A DNA stretch of 64,000 nt from NCBI GenBank assembly GCA_002269645.1, contig NIVC01000025.1, forward strand, positions 186,001-250,000, read 5' to 3'. Numbering within the stretch: the stretch's first letter is position 1; the number at the start of each line of letters is the position of its first letter. The notes under the pieces are model-generated. The model saw only the letters and a list, made by a program, of their open reading frames with translations, was not told where the DNA came from and searched no databases. Below are positions 49,694 through 64,000 of the stretch, in pieces. This DNA is from Macrostomum lignano (Eukaryota). The translations under genes and the position numbers were made by a program.

Positions 49694-50758
49694 GATGAGA
49701 GACTGTCAGATGAGAGACTGTCAGATGAGAGACTGTCAGATGAGAGACTGTCAGATGAGAGACTGTCAGATGAGAGACTGTCAGATGAGAGACTGTCAGA
49801 TGAGAGAGACTGTCAGATGAGAGACTGTCAGATGAGAGAGACTGTCAGATGAGAGACTGTCAGATGAGAGAGACTGTCAGATGAGAGACTGTCAGATGAG
49901 AGACTGTCAGATGAGAGACTGTCAGATGTCAGATGAGAGAGACTGTCAGATGAGAGACTGTCAGATGAGAGACTGTCAGATGAGAGACTGTCAGATGAGA
50001 GACTGTCAGATGAGAGACTGTCAGATGAGAGACTGTCAGATGAGAGACTGTCAGATGAGAGACTGTCAGATGAGAGACTGTCAGATGAGAGACTGTCAGA
50101 TAAGAGACTGTCAGATGAGAGAGACTGTCAGATGAGAGAGACTGTCAGATGAGAGACTGTCAGATGTCAGATGAGAGAGACTGTCAGATGAGAGAGACTG
50201 TCAGATGAGAGAGACTGTCAGATGAGAGACTGTCAGATGTCAGATGAGAGAGACTGTCAGATGAGAGAGACTGTCAGATTAGAGAGACTGTCAGATGAGA
50301 GAGACTGTCAGATGAGAGACTGTCAGATGTCAGATGAGAGAGACTGTCAGATGAGAGAGACTGTCAGATGAGAGAGACTGTCAGATGAGAGAGACTGTCA
50401 GATGAGAGAGACTGTCAGATGAGAGACTGTCAGATGAGAGACTGTCAGATGAGAGACTGTCAGATGAGAGAGACTGTCAGATGAGAGAGACTGTCAGATG
50501 AGAGAGACTGTCAGATGAGAGACTGTCAGATGAGAGACTGTCAGATGAGAGACTGTCAGATGAGAGACTGTCAGATGAGAGACTGTCAGATGTCAGATGA
50601 GAGAGACTGTCAGATGAGAGAGAATGTCAGATGAGATAGAATGTCAGATGAGAGACTGTCAGATGAGAGAGACCGTAAGATGAGAGAGACTGTCAGATGA
50701 GAGAGACTGTCAGATTAGAGAGACTGTCAGATTAGAGAGACTGTCAGATTAGAGAGAC
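49694..50758. repeat. 15/17-bp minisatellite
   Basis: GATGAGAGACTGTCA units. Confidence 0.95.
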
Positions 50759-51009
50759 GGTATCTTTCATGCTTGGCGTTCTGTTTCCAAGCCTTGGAAT
50801 TATAAATCGTAAAATGAGTCAAGCCATCAATTCTTATGGGTGAGGCATTCCAACGATCGCAGAACTTCCTGGGCAAGTATAAAATCGGTTCCATTTAATC
50901 GTTTGTGCAGTTAAATTTTTTCCAATTAAAAATGGCTTCAGCTCGAGATTAATTTCAACGAAATTCGAGTTCAAACTCTGAACGTTTATAAAAATCGGTG
51001 AAACTTTTC

Positions 51010-52657
51010 TGTAACACAGTTCTGTAACACAATTCTGTAACACAATCCTGTAACACAATCCTGTAACACAATCCTGTAAAACAATCCTGTAACACAATCC
51101 TGTAACACAATCCTGTAACACAATCTTGTAACACAATCCTGTAACACAATCCTGTAACACAATCCTGTAACACAATCCTGTAACACAATCCTGTAACACA
51201 ATCCTGTAACACAATCCTGTAACACAATTCTGTAACACAATCCTGTAACACAGTCCTGTAACACAATCCTGTAACACAATCCTGTAACACAATAATGTAA
51301 CACAGTCTTGTAACACAATCCTGTAACACAATTCTGTAACACAGTCCTGTAACACAATCCTGTAACACAATCCTGTAACAGAATCCTGTAACACAATCCT
51401 GTAACACAGTCCTGTGACACAATCCTGTAACACAGTCCTGTAACACAATTCTGTAGCAAAATTCTGTAACACAATCCTGTAACACAATAATGTAACACAG
51501 TCCTGTAACACAATCCTGTAACACAATCCTGTAACACAATAATGTAACACAGTCCTGTAACACAATCCTGTAACACAATTCTGTAACACAGTCCTGTAAC
51601 ACAATCCTGTAACACAATCCTGTAACACAATCCTGTAAGACAATCCTGTAACACAATCCTGTAACACAATAATGTAACACAATCCTGTAAGACAATCCTG
51701 TAACACAATCCTGTAACACAATAATGTAACACAGTCCTGTAAGACAATCCTGTAACACAATCCTGTAACACAATAATGTAACACAGTCCTGTAAGACAAT
51801 CCTGTAACACAATCCTGTAAGACAATCCTGTAACACAATCCTGTAACACAACCCTGTAACACAATAATGTAACACAGTCCTGTAACACAATCCTGTAACA
51901 CAGTCCTGTAACACAATCCTGTAACACAATAATGTAACACAGTCCTGTAACACAATCCTGTAACACAATTCTGTAACACAGTCCTGTAACACAATCCTGT
52001 AACACAATCCTGTAACACAATCCTGTAACACAATCCTGTAACACAATCCTGTAACACAATAATGTAACACAGTCCTGTAAGACAATCCTGTAACACAATC
52101 CTGTAAGACAATTCTGTAACACAATCCTGTAACACAATCCTGTAACACAATAATGTAACACAGTCCTGTAACACAATCCTGTAACACAGTCCTGTAACAC
52201 AATCCTGTAACACAATCCTGTAACACAATTATGTAACACAGTCCTGTAACACAATCCTGTAACACAATTCTGTAACACAGTCCTGTAACACAATCCTGTA
52301 ACACAATCCTGTAACAGAATCCTGTAACACAATCCTGTAACACAGTCCTGTGACACAATCCTGTAACACAGTCCTGTAACACAATTCTGTAGCAAAATTC
52401 TGTAACACAATCCTGTAACACAATCCTGTAACACAATCCTGTAACACAATCCTGTAACACAATCCTGTAACACAATCCTGTAACACAATCCTGTAACACA
52501 ATCCTGTAACACAATCCTGTAACACAGTCCTGTGACACAATCCTGTAACACAACCCTGTAACACAATCCTGTAACACAATCCTGTAACACAATCCTGTAA
52601 CACAATCCTGTAACACAGTCCTGTAACACAATCCTGTAACAATCCTGTAACACAATC
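51010..52657. repeat. 13-bp minisatellite
   Basis: TCCTGTAACACAA units. Confidence 0.95.
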
Positions 52658-53291
52658 CTTAATAACCCATTCATCGCAATGCTAGTAAAAGCACTTTCCT
52701 GTGGAAAAAGATTTGCCTCAAAGAGCTGGCGGTGGCTCTGCAGTGGGGAAATTCTACCTTGAGGTATTTGTGACCCTTCACACCTGCGCGCCTTCATTCG
52801 CGTGTTTGCCAAACAAGCAGACTCTCTATTCCCTCATTTCTCCCACTCCCTTGTCTCTTCAATACAAGCAACCTGCGACCTCAGCTAGTCTCTGAGAATG
52901 TGGAAAAATTAATTTTGCCGCGGAAATGTGTTTCTGAATTATTAATCGGCGTATTACATAGTACTCCCTACTCACCTCTGCACGGCTCTAGGAAACGGGT
53001 GCAGTGAACCGTAGGCTGCAGCGGCAGTGAAGTCAGTGCGGCACCTCCTCACTTCTTCGAAGTCTTAAAAAAGCTTTTTAAGGGAAAAAAACAGAGCGTC
53101 AATTCCCCGAGAACTAATGACGTAATTGCCTTCACTTTTTAGAAGTCTTCAAACTGTAAGGCATGATGCAGTTAATCCTACTTCTTGCGTTAACTCAATC
53201 ATTGTGTGAATCCTTGTGTTTTTGAGCTTTTAGTCAGCGTCCTCATTTTGGATTTTAACACCTTCAGTAATCATAATGCGTTCTGTACCCT

Positions 53292-55782
53292 AAGGATAGA
53301 TCTGTATCCCATGGATAGATGTGTATCCCACGGATAGATGTGTATCCCACGGATAGATGTGTATCCCACGGATAGATGTGTATCCCACGGATAGATGTGT
53401 ATCCCACGGATAGATGTGTATCCCACGGATAGATGTGTATCCCACGGATAGATGTGTATCCCATGGATAGATGTGTATCTCACGGATAGATGTGTATCTC
53501 ACTGATATATATGTATCTCACCGATAGATGTGTATCCCATGGATAGATGTGTATCCCACGGATAGATCTTTATCCCAAGGATAGATCTGTATCCCATCGA
53601 TAGATGTGTATCCCATGGATAGATCTTCATCCCAAGGATAGATCTGTATCCCATGGATAGATGTGTATCTCATGTATTAGATTTGTATCCCATGTATAGA
53701 TGTGTATCCCATGTATAGATGTGTACCCCATGGATAGATCTGTATCCCATGGATAGATGTGTATCCCACGGATAGATGTGTATCCCATGGATAGATGTGT
53801 ATCTCACGGATAGATGTGTATCTCACGGATAGATATGTATCTCACCGATAGATGTGTATCCCAAAGATAGATGTGTATCCCACGGATAGATCTTTATCCC
53901 AAGGATAGATCTGTATCCCATCGATAGATGTGTATCCCATGGATAGATCTTCATCCCAAAGATAGATCTGTATCCCATGGATAGATGTGTATCTCATGTA
54001 TTAGATTTGTATCCCATGTATAGATGTGTATCCCATGTATAGATGTGTACCCCATGGATAGATCTGTATCCCATGGATAGATGTGTATCCCACGGATGGA
54101 TGTGTATCCCATGGATAGATGTGTATCTCACGGATAGATGTGTATCTCACGAATAGATATGTATCTCACCGATAGATGTGTATCCCAAAGATAGATGTGT
54201 ATCCCACGGATAGATCTTTATCCCAAGGATAGATCTGTATCCCAAGGATAGATCTGTATCCCATCGATAGATGTGTATCCCATGGATAGATCTTCATCCC
54301 AAGGATAGATCTGTATCCCATGGATAGATGTGTATCTCATGTATTAGATTTGTATCCCATGTATAGATGTGTATCCCATGTATAGATGTGTGCCCCATGG
54401 ATAGATGTGTATCCCATGGATAGATGTGTATTTCATTTATAGATGTGTATCCCATGTATAGATGTGTACCCCATGGATAGATGTTTATCCCATGTATAGA
54501 TGTGTATCCCACAGATAGATGTGTATCTCACGGATAGATGTGTATCCCATGGATAGATGTGTATCTCACGGATAGATGTGTATCCCATGGATAGATGTGT
54601 ATTTCATGTATAGATGTGTATCCCATGTATAGATGTGTACCCCATGGATAGATCTGTATCCCATGGATAGATGTGTATCCCACGGATGGATGTGTATCCC
54701 ATGGATAGATGTGTATCTCACGGATAGATGTGTATCTCACGGATAGATATGTATCTCACCGATAGATGTGTATCCCAAAGATAGATGTGTATCCCACGGA
54801 TAGATCTTTATCCCAAGGATAGATCTGTATCCCATCGATAGATGTGTATCCCATGGATAGATCTTCATCCCAAGGATAGATCTGTATCCCATGGATAGAT
54901 GTGTATCTCATGTATTAGATTTGTATCCCATGTATAGATGTGTATCCCATGTATAGATGTGTGCCCCATGGATAGATGTGTATCCCAAAGATAGATGTGT
55001 ATCTCACGGATAGATGTGTATCCCATGGATAGATGTGTATTTCATGTATAGATGTGTATCCCATGTATAGATGTGTACCCCATGGATAGATCTGTATCCC
55101 ATGGATAGATGTGTATCCCATGGATAGATGTGTATCTCATGGATAGATGTGTATCTCACGGATAGATATGTATCTCACCGATAGATGTGTATCCCATGGA
55201 TAGATGTGTATCCCACGGATAGATCTTTATCCCAAGGATAGATCTGTATCCCATCGATAGATGTGTATCCCATGGATAGATCTTCATCCCAAGGATAGAT
55301 CTGTATCCCATGGATAGATGTGTATTTCATGTATAGATGTGTATCCCATGTATAGATGTGTATCCCATGTATAGATGTGTACCCCATGGATAGATGTTTA
55401 TCCCATGTATAGATGTGTATCCCACAGATAGATGTGTATCTCACGGATAGATGTGTATCCCATGGATAGATGTGTATTTCATGTATAGATGTGTATCCCA
55501 TGTATAGATGTGTACCCCATGGATAGATGTGTATCCCATGGATAGATGTGTATCCCATGGATAGATGTGTATCCCATGGATAGATGTGTATCCCATGGAT
55601 AGATGTGTATCTCACGGATAGATGTGTATCCCACAGATAGATGTGTATCTCACGGATAGATGTGTATCCCACGGATAGATGTGTATCCCATGCATAGATC
55701 TTTATCCCAAGGATAGATCTGTATCCCATCGATAGATCTGTATCTCATCGATAGATCTGTATCCCACGGATAGATGTGTATC
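53292..55782. repeat. 19-bp minisatellite with higher-order blocks
   Basis: ATAGATGTGTATCCCACGG variants. Confidence 0.95.
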
Positions 55783-56388
55783 CTCAGAATTCAGAACCCT
55801 TTATTTTCCCAAAATTTAAGAAAAAAGCACGCATAAAACAGATCAATAATACAAGGCAAACAGCATTTTTTGCTTTTTCTGCATATTTCTGTTTAAACAA
55901 CAAGAAATTCGGCCTTCCATTGTCACGCCATCGAAAGCTAAAAGAGAAAAAAGTTGACTCTCTCAGGTTTTTTTATCCGATAAGATTGCGTAATCTGCCA
56001 TCAGAAGTTTGCGTGCTGATCTTGCCGCCGTTTTGCACCCAACCCCCTGGCCGCGACCCGCCCCGACCTATACTGAATTCTCCCAGGGCAAGATAAAAAC
56101 TGGAAAAAATAGCCCCGATCAAAAGAATCCGATTTCTTCTCTCTGGAGGTCGATTCTATGCGCCAGGGCTGGTTACGCAACAGCCCCAACCCGCACGAAA
56201 TCTGAGCGTGTCGCGTGCGATTCTATTGCGAGACCCCTGCAGATCAGCTAATAAAGAACACGGCTGGACGGTCAGTTAATGAAACCGTTGTGAGATCACG
56301 GGCAGGATAGAGAGGGCTTCGATGCGTTAAAACGTTTTCTTTTTTAGGTAAGCTTTTAGGGTGCTGAGCAGGTAGCTTTGGAACCACA

Positions 56389-56453
<65 letters not shown>

Positions 56454-56985
56454 GGAAGCTGGCAGACACAGCAAGACAGTCTGACACAATCTGACACATT
56501 CTGATACAGTCTGACGCAACCTGACACAGTCTGATACAATCTGACGCAGCCTGACAGTCTGACGCAGCTTGACACTGCCTGACACTGTCTGACTGTCTGA
56601 CACAGTCTGATACAGTCTGACACAGTCTGACGCAGCCTGACACAGTCTGATACAATCTGACGCAACCTGACGCAGCCTGACACAGTCTGATACAATCTGA
56701 CGCAGCCTTACAGTCTGACGCAGCTTGACACTGCCTGACACTGTCTGACTGTCTGACACAGTCTGATACAGTCTGACACAGTCTGACGCAGCCTGACACA
56801 GTCTGACACAGTCTGAAACAGCCTGACACAGTCTGACACAGTCTGACACAGTCTGATACAGCCTGGCACAGCCTGATACAGTCTGACACAGCCTGACACA
56901 GCCTGACACAGTCTGAAACAGCCTGACACAGCCTGACAAGAGCCGACACAGTCTGACACAGTCTGACACTGTCTGACACAGAAAC
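56389..56985. repeat. (CAGA)n followed by a 10-bp CTGACACAGT minisatellite
   Basis: Direct reading. Confidence 0.92.
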
Positions 56986-57342
56986 CTAGCAGACACAGTA
57001 TGAAATTCAGGTGAGCAGACACAGCAATCAGAGCTATCTATACTCACGGCCCTGCTCCGCGCCATGGCCAGCTGTCTGCAGCAAGAACTCACTTCTCCAT
57101 CACAAAGCCATGATCAAGTTGCCTCCGCTTTGCCATTTAGCTGGGCAAATTCCGATCCTGAGGATCAATCCCATTGCGAGTCTTCTACATTCACTAGCAG
57201 CATTGCCGCCCGTTACACTATGGAGATTTCAGCTTGCTTTTTATTCATTCATACAAAGCATTCATTCCTTTAGACTATTCAGAATCCGAATATTCACTTT
57301 GTCAATATGACATCCGCTAAGGTCAACCCTAAGCTGTTTGAG

Positions 57343-58645
57343 CTGTACTGCAGATCTGCACTGAACAGACACAGATCTACACTGAACAGACAGATCTACA
57401 CTGAACAGACAGATATGCACTGAACAGACACAGATCTACACTGAACAGACAGATCTACACTGAACAGACAGATATGCACTGAACAGACACAGATCTGCAC
57501 TGAACAGACACAGATCTAATGTACACTGAACAGAAAGATCTACACTGAACAGACACAGATCTACACTGAACAGACACAGATCTAGACTGAACAGACACAG
57601 ATCTGCACTGAACAGACACAGATCTACACTGAACAGACACAAATCTACACTGAACAGACACAGATCTGCACTGAACAGACACAGATCTACACTGAACAGA
57701 CACAGATCTACACTGAACAGACACAGATCTACACTGAACAGACACAAATCTACACTGAACAGACACAGATCTGCACTGAACAGACACAGATCTACACTGA
57801 ACAGACACAGATCTGCACTGAACAGACACAGATCTACACTGAACAGACACAGATCTACACTGAACAGACACAGATCTACACTGAACAGACACAGATCTGC
57901 ACTGAACAGACACAGATCTACACTGAACAGACAGATATGCACTGAACAGACACAGATCTACACTGAACAGACACAGATCTACACTGAACAGACATATGCA
58001 CTGAACAGACACAGATCTACACTGAACAGACACAGATCTACACTGAACAGACACAGATCTGCACTGAACAGACAGATCTACACTGAACAGACACAGATCT
58101 ACACTGAACAGACAGATATGCACTGAACAGACACAGATCTACACTGAACAGACACAGATCTACACTGAACAGACAGATATGCACTGAACAGACACAGATC
58201 TACACTGAACAGACACAGATCTACACTGAACAGACACAGATCTACACTGAACAGACACAGATCTACACTGAACAGACACAGATCTGCACTGAACAGACAC
58301 AGATCTACACTGAACAGACACAGATCTACACTGAACAGACAGATATGCACTGAACAGACACAGATCTACACTGAACAGACACAGATCTACACTGAACAGA
58401 CAGATATGCACTGAACAGACACAGATCTACACTGAACAGACACAGATCTACACTGAACAGACACAGATCTACACTGAACAGACACAGATCTACACTGAAC
58501 AGACACAGATCTGCACTGAACAGACACAGATCTACACTGAACAGACACAGATCTACACTGAACAGACACAGATCTGCACTGAACAGACACAGATCTACAC
58601 TGAACAGACACAGATCTACACTGAACAGACACAGATCTACACTGC
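57343..58645. repeat. 21-bp minisatellite
   Basis: GATCTACACTGAACAGACACA units. Confidence 0.95.
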
Positions 58646-59204
58646 ATTGACTGCATACTACGTAGTAGCATCCAGGTAGAATCTCGCGTGCTTACTAATT
58701 TTTAAGTTCCCTAATTAACCTGACAGATTAGTCAGTTGCCAAGCTTCTCTCTCACCTTGTCCGTATCCTAACAGTTGGTTTGACCATCCAGGCACGGAGG
58801 CACGTCACGTGACTTTTTATATAATTGACGTCAACCAGTGACGACTACCGCTCCCCCATTGTGCATCTGAGAGTTTAATTTTATGGAATTATTTTAATTG
58901 GAACTCTTTCGATAAACTTAATCGTATGCAGCAGAAGCAGAGCCTGTCTATCAACATTTCTAATCACTGAACTAACTAGCCAACTTTGCCTCAAGTACTT
59001 CTGCAAGGCAGGGAGCATCGCTTCAAAGGAATTCATTTTATGTTCAACTAAATAATGCACTGCGTGGAAAAGAGCGATGTCGACATCTTTTCTTAAACGA
59101 ATACGATAAGCTTGGAAAGTGTTTTGGAAAAGTGCAAATTTACAGTTCAAGCATTTCGCATTGGCCCCAATGCATAACTGTTTTCATTTGTTTGCCTGAG
59201 TGCC

Positions 59205-59765
<561 letters not shown>

Positions 59766-60458
59766 ATATCCCACCTGTCCCCTATTAGTCTGTGTTGCAG
59801 CCCCAGTGCCTCATAGGCAGCTGTCAATTAAACTCATTTCGCATTGAGCCGGCCCCCTCTTTCCCATCTGGCAGTGCAGGGAGAAGCGGGAGCAGTCACG
59901 TCTATAGGTGGGACGCGAGCTCCCCACAGAATCCAACTGAGCGGGCCAATAGCAGTGCAGCCGGAGGTGAGCAGCCGCAGCTTCTGGTCCGTCACCCCCC
60001 CCCCAAGCCCCAGGACTGGTTTTGAGCCTATAAGTTTTACACTGCGCCAGCATCTCCGCTGACCATCAGCATTCCTTAGTGGGAACAGAGGTCCACATCC
60101 TGCCTGACTCCCAGTGTGGGCGATTCTCTCTACACCGCAAGAGCTTCATCATCGCCCCCTCTAGAGCCCCCGAAAGCCCTGCGCTCTCAATAATTCAACA
60201 GAACTGCAGACAACTTCTCTTGTCCAGGAGTAAACCAGAGAGATAGAGTGAGAACAGACAAGACAGACACAAGAGCCATCAACCCACGCACTCGCGAGTC
60301 CAGCCGCACTTCTCAAGCTGCAAGAGCTGCACAATGCCTCATCATCAGCATCATCATTGGCGGCACCCATCGCTTGGCCATTGTCAGTGAGCATCGCAGA
60401 TCTTTCTCGGCAAAGCAGAAACCTGTGTTCCCCTAGAATTCGAAAAAGCGAGGCCAGC

Positions 60459-60836
60459 ATGTCTGCTTCTTGTTTTTGGCGGCAGCTGCTTCAGTTGTTA
60501 GCTTTGCTATTTCTGCTTTCGGCACTTCTAGCAGCAGCGACACAGCAGCAACAACAACAGCAACAGCAGCAGCAACAGCAGCAGGAGCAGCAATCAGTAA
60601 AGCCGCTGCCAATTCTCACAGCGGCCGAGCAGAAATTCCTGTCTCACGGAATCCACATCGGCCAGAGCAATTTGAGCTCAACTGAAGCTGAGCACACTGT
60701 CACGGTCAGTCAGAGAGTTCTGCTGCGCAATCGGCGTTCGTTCGAGAGTCTGCGCCGCCTGATGAAGCGCGGCCAGCTGCAGACTTATCTGCGGAGTCTG
60801 GCCTCGGTTGGTGACAGGCCAGAGGACCAGCACTGA
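60459..60836 (+). CDS. Putative secreted polyQ protein / neuropeptide-precursor-like, 125 aa
   Basis: ATG 60459 follows an acceptor-like CCCCTAG (60436). Hydrophobic signal LLQLLALLFLLSALLAAA, Q-rich tract, dibasic RR/KR sites (NRRSFESLRRLMKRG). It may splice further downstream. Confidence 0.55.
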   Translation: MSASCFWRQLLQLLALLFLLSALLAAATQQQQQQQQQQQQQQEQQSVKPLPILTAAEQKFLSHGIHIGQSNLSSTEAEHTVTVSQRVLLRNRRSFESLRRLMKRGQLQTYLRSLASVGDRPEDQH

Positions 60837-61279
60837 CCCGATCCCCTCATCTGTCCAAGTCTTCGTTGTCTTCAAAGAACTACATTGCGTGGAATTGCGA
60901 AAAAAAGTATTGTTTCAATGTGTTACTGTGCAACCCTGGCTAAATCCCTTCCCGCTCTCTGACAGTTGGTGAGGATCTTTATTTTAAGTTGCTCCCATGG
61001 GAATTACCTCTATTGCACAGTCTCATTCTCTTAGTCAAGTAATTCTCTGTTCAATAATTTGTTTGGTCTTGAGTTCAAATGTCCTAATGATGATTGGCAT
61101 TTAATTTGGTCAGAGTCAATTGGCAATATGCTTATCAATATTTGATAATCTAGTTAATGACTTGAGAAGTCATCTGAAAATGTAAATTTTGACTTGTTAT
61201 ATTATTAAACCATTTCTGCCCTCATAGACCTCCCTTACTGTTCTAGATTGTCGAAATCCTGTGAAGTTAGATCCATAAT

Positions 61280-62075
61280 TAGCCTCCAAGATCCTCAGTT
61301 GCTTGGTCAACCTCCCAGATCCTCAGTTGCTTGGTCAACCTCCCAGATCCTCAGTTGCTTGGTCAACCTCCCAGATCCTCAGTTGCTTGGTCAACCTCCC
61401 AGATCCTCAGTTGCTTGGTCAACCTCCCAGATCCTCAGTTGCTTGGTCAACCTCCCAGATCCTCAGTTGCTTGGTCAACCTCCCAGATCCTCAGTTGCTT
61501 GGTCAACCTCCCAGATCCTCAGTTGCTTGGTCAACCTCCCAGATCCTCAGTTGCTTGGTCAACCTCCCAGATCCTCAGTTGCTTGGTCAACCTCCCAGAT
61601 CCTCAGTTGTTGGTCAACCTCCCAGATCCTCAGTTGCTTGGTCAACCTCCCAGATCCTCAGTTGCTGGGCCACCAGCCTCCAAGATCCTCAGTTGCTGGG
61701 CCAGCCGCCCAGATCCTCAGTTGCTGGGCCACCAGCCTCCCAGATCCTCAGTTGCTGGGCCAGCCTCCAAGATCCTCAGTTGCTGGGCCAGCCTCCCAGA
61801 TCGTCAGTTGCTGGGGCACCAGCCTCCCAGATCCTCAGTTGCTGGGCCAGCTTTCCAGATTCTCAGTTGCTGGGCCAGCTTCCCAGATACTCAGTTGCTG
61901 GGCCAGCCTCCCAGATCCTCAGTTGCTGGGCCAGCCCGCCAGATCCTCAGTTGCTGGGCCAGCCTCCCAGATCCTCAGTTGCTGGGCCATTAGCCTCCCA
62001 GATCCTTATTTGCTGGGCCAGCCCGCCAGATCCTCAGTTGCTGGGCCAGCCTCCCAGATCCTCAGTTGCTGGGCT
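61280..62075. repeat. 28-bp minisatellite, same family as AMFR intron 2
   Basis: CCTCCCAGATCCTCAGTTGCT(TGGTCAA/GGGCCAG) units. Confidence 0.95.
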
Positions 62076-63059
62076 TCCGCCTTAACCCTCCCGGAGTCTC
62101 GGGTTAAACTGTAAACGATAAAGTTTCAGTAGCAGATTATCCCAAAACGCTGTAACTGCTATACTATCAACTGCTTTAATCTCGATTAGCGATGTTTTAC
62201 GAGTAACAATAAATGACGCCCAATAATGTAATATTTTATTTTTTCAGCCGTACGTTGGCATGCGATGCATACAGTTGAAGCCACTCTGCAATAAAAGTAA
62301 ATATATGACTCTGCAGTTTCTGTAAACTACTCAACGTAAAATCTTGGTGTCTATTCAACCGTGAGCCAGCAAACTACTCGTAAAGCACCTATTATAAGCA
62401 ATCTATTAACTAGATTTACAAGCATCATAGCTACAGTCCAGCTAAACTGCCCCCGGGAAGTCAGAAGAAATTCTCAAAAGAAAATTACATTTGCTGTCCG
62501 GAAAGCGGAAAGCAGAAAAGGAAGAGTGGATGAAGCAGAAGAGAGGAGGCTGCCGAGCCTGAAAGATGAAAGAGAAGAAGAGTGTAACGGTTGCCAACCG
62601 GCCTTTGCCAGAACACTAATCGATATGTGATTAGCGCAGGATTCCCAATGCCCCCCCTTGATCGGAGTTCCGCAACAGCCATCGGGTCCGCCAGGCAACC
62701 TACCTGTCTAGCTAGTGGTCGAGATGAGATATAGAAATAATAACTTGAGCAACCCGGCTGAGTTCCCTGCCCAGGATGTCTAAAAATAGTGGACGAGCCG
62801 GAGCTGCAGCAGGCATTGAATCAGAACTGAGTGGGTGTCTGTTCCATGCCTGAATCTGGATCATTTGAATTATTAATGCACTCACTGACTGCAGAGGCAG
62901 GCTCAGTCAATGGAGCCAAGTCGTGTCCAGGCTAATTTTCTAGTTTCAGTCTAGGCAGAGGTCAGAGGATTCAGATCAAATATAATCTATGGTAGTAAAA
63001 TACACACTCCGTTCCGGTCGGCTATGGTAAGCAGAACTTTTAGAACCAGATCTTCCCAG

Positions 63060-64000
63060 TTTTTTAGTTTAGATCTAGATCTAGATTTTCTGGTTTTCCC
63101 AGCAGGCTGTTAGGGCTGCATGTGGCCGTCCATTCAATCGACGCCGCCCATGCAGCGGTTGTAAGTCAAAGCTGAGCGGCACTTCTGCACTGCAGCCAAG
63201 GACTTCTAGACTAGCTAGTCTAGAAGTCCTTGACTGCAGCCGCTGCTCCATCTCGGGCGATTGGACGGAGTGGAACTTTTGATGCTGCCTTCTTTGTGTC
63301 CAGCAAATACGTTTTTAGACCGCTTTCCTTTCTTTCAACAATCTTTGCAACCAGCACGGCACCCTTGCGCATGAAGCCGACATCATTGGGCGGCACATTT
63401 AACTGCCTGAGCTCGTATGGTGCAAGTCAGATGAGTATCTCGATCCAGAAGGTACTTGGCCAACTGATAGGAACCAAACCACTTGTCGACAAAAATGCCT
63501 TGGTCTAACAGATCTTGGCAAAGCTCGACAACAATTTTTTTCGCTAAATGACAGGTGCTCGCTTTGTGGATCTACATCAAATCTACGATTCTCCTCTGGA
63601 GTAGCATGAACTCGAAAGTTGAACAAGTAGCTTGTTTCAGACTCGCAAGCACAGTACAGCTTGATGCCGTACCTGGCGCGCTTAGTTGGAATGTACTGCT
63701 TGAAGCCTCGTCGTCTTTGTAAAGAACTGACGACTCGTCAATACCTATTTCTTGCTCAGGTCTGTAGATGTTCATGCAAATTTCAAATTGTTAAAAAATG
63801 GACGAATCTTGTACAACGGATCACCAGGTGTGTGATCCTCACGGCAATTATAAAAGCGAAGAAAGCCGAGCAATTGCTTGAAGCGGTCTCTAAAGAGCGC
63901 TTCAGGTGCTTGAAAATATGGCGTCGAGTGGTAGCTGTCAGTACTCCAGTAGTCATTCATTTCAGTCTTCTTGTTGCTGCCCATGTACAGGTACATGCCA
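63060..64000 (-). pseudogene. Decayed piggyBac-family transposase (runs off the window)
   Basis: Minus-strand motifs across frames: DYWSTD, RDRFKQLLGFLRF, DPLYKIRP, YRPEQEIGIDES, RYGIKLY, FVDKWF, YNRCMGGVD, GKTRK. Multiple frameshifts and stops. Confidence 0.88.

Overview
Repeat-rich animal (invertebrate) genomic DNA. Introns packed with minisatellites and a WSC+PAN gene would fit a Macrostomum-like flatworm, but that is inference only. 23-12789 is a very young full-length Ty3/Gypsy LTR retrotransposon: 878-bp LTRs, TTAG target-site duplication, tRNA-Leu PBS, gag, -1 frameshift into pol, and an unexplained 363-aa third ORF behind its own TATA/CCAAT promoter-like region. Its RT is split by a 3.18-kb non-autonomous Helitron whose removal restores pol exactly. 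Next come a 3-exon AMFR/gp78 E3 ligase gene, a head-to-tail dimer of a Helentron/HINE-like rolling-circle element (21815-29027) carrying hairpin arrays and tRNA-like modules, a secreted WSC+PAN gene, and a minus-strand two-cNMP-domain gene with a different minisatellite in each intron. 44-60 kb is tandem repeats with unresolved unique islands, followed by a polyQ secreted prohormone-like ORF and a decayed piggyBac transposase at the right edge. All alignments and counts were done by eye.
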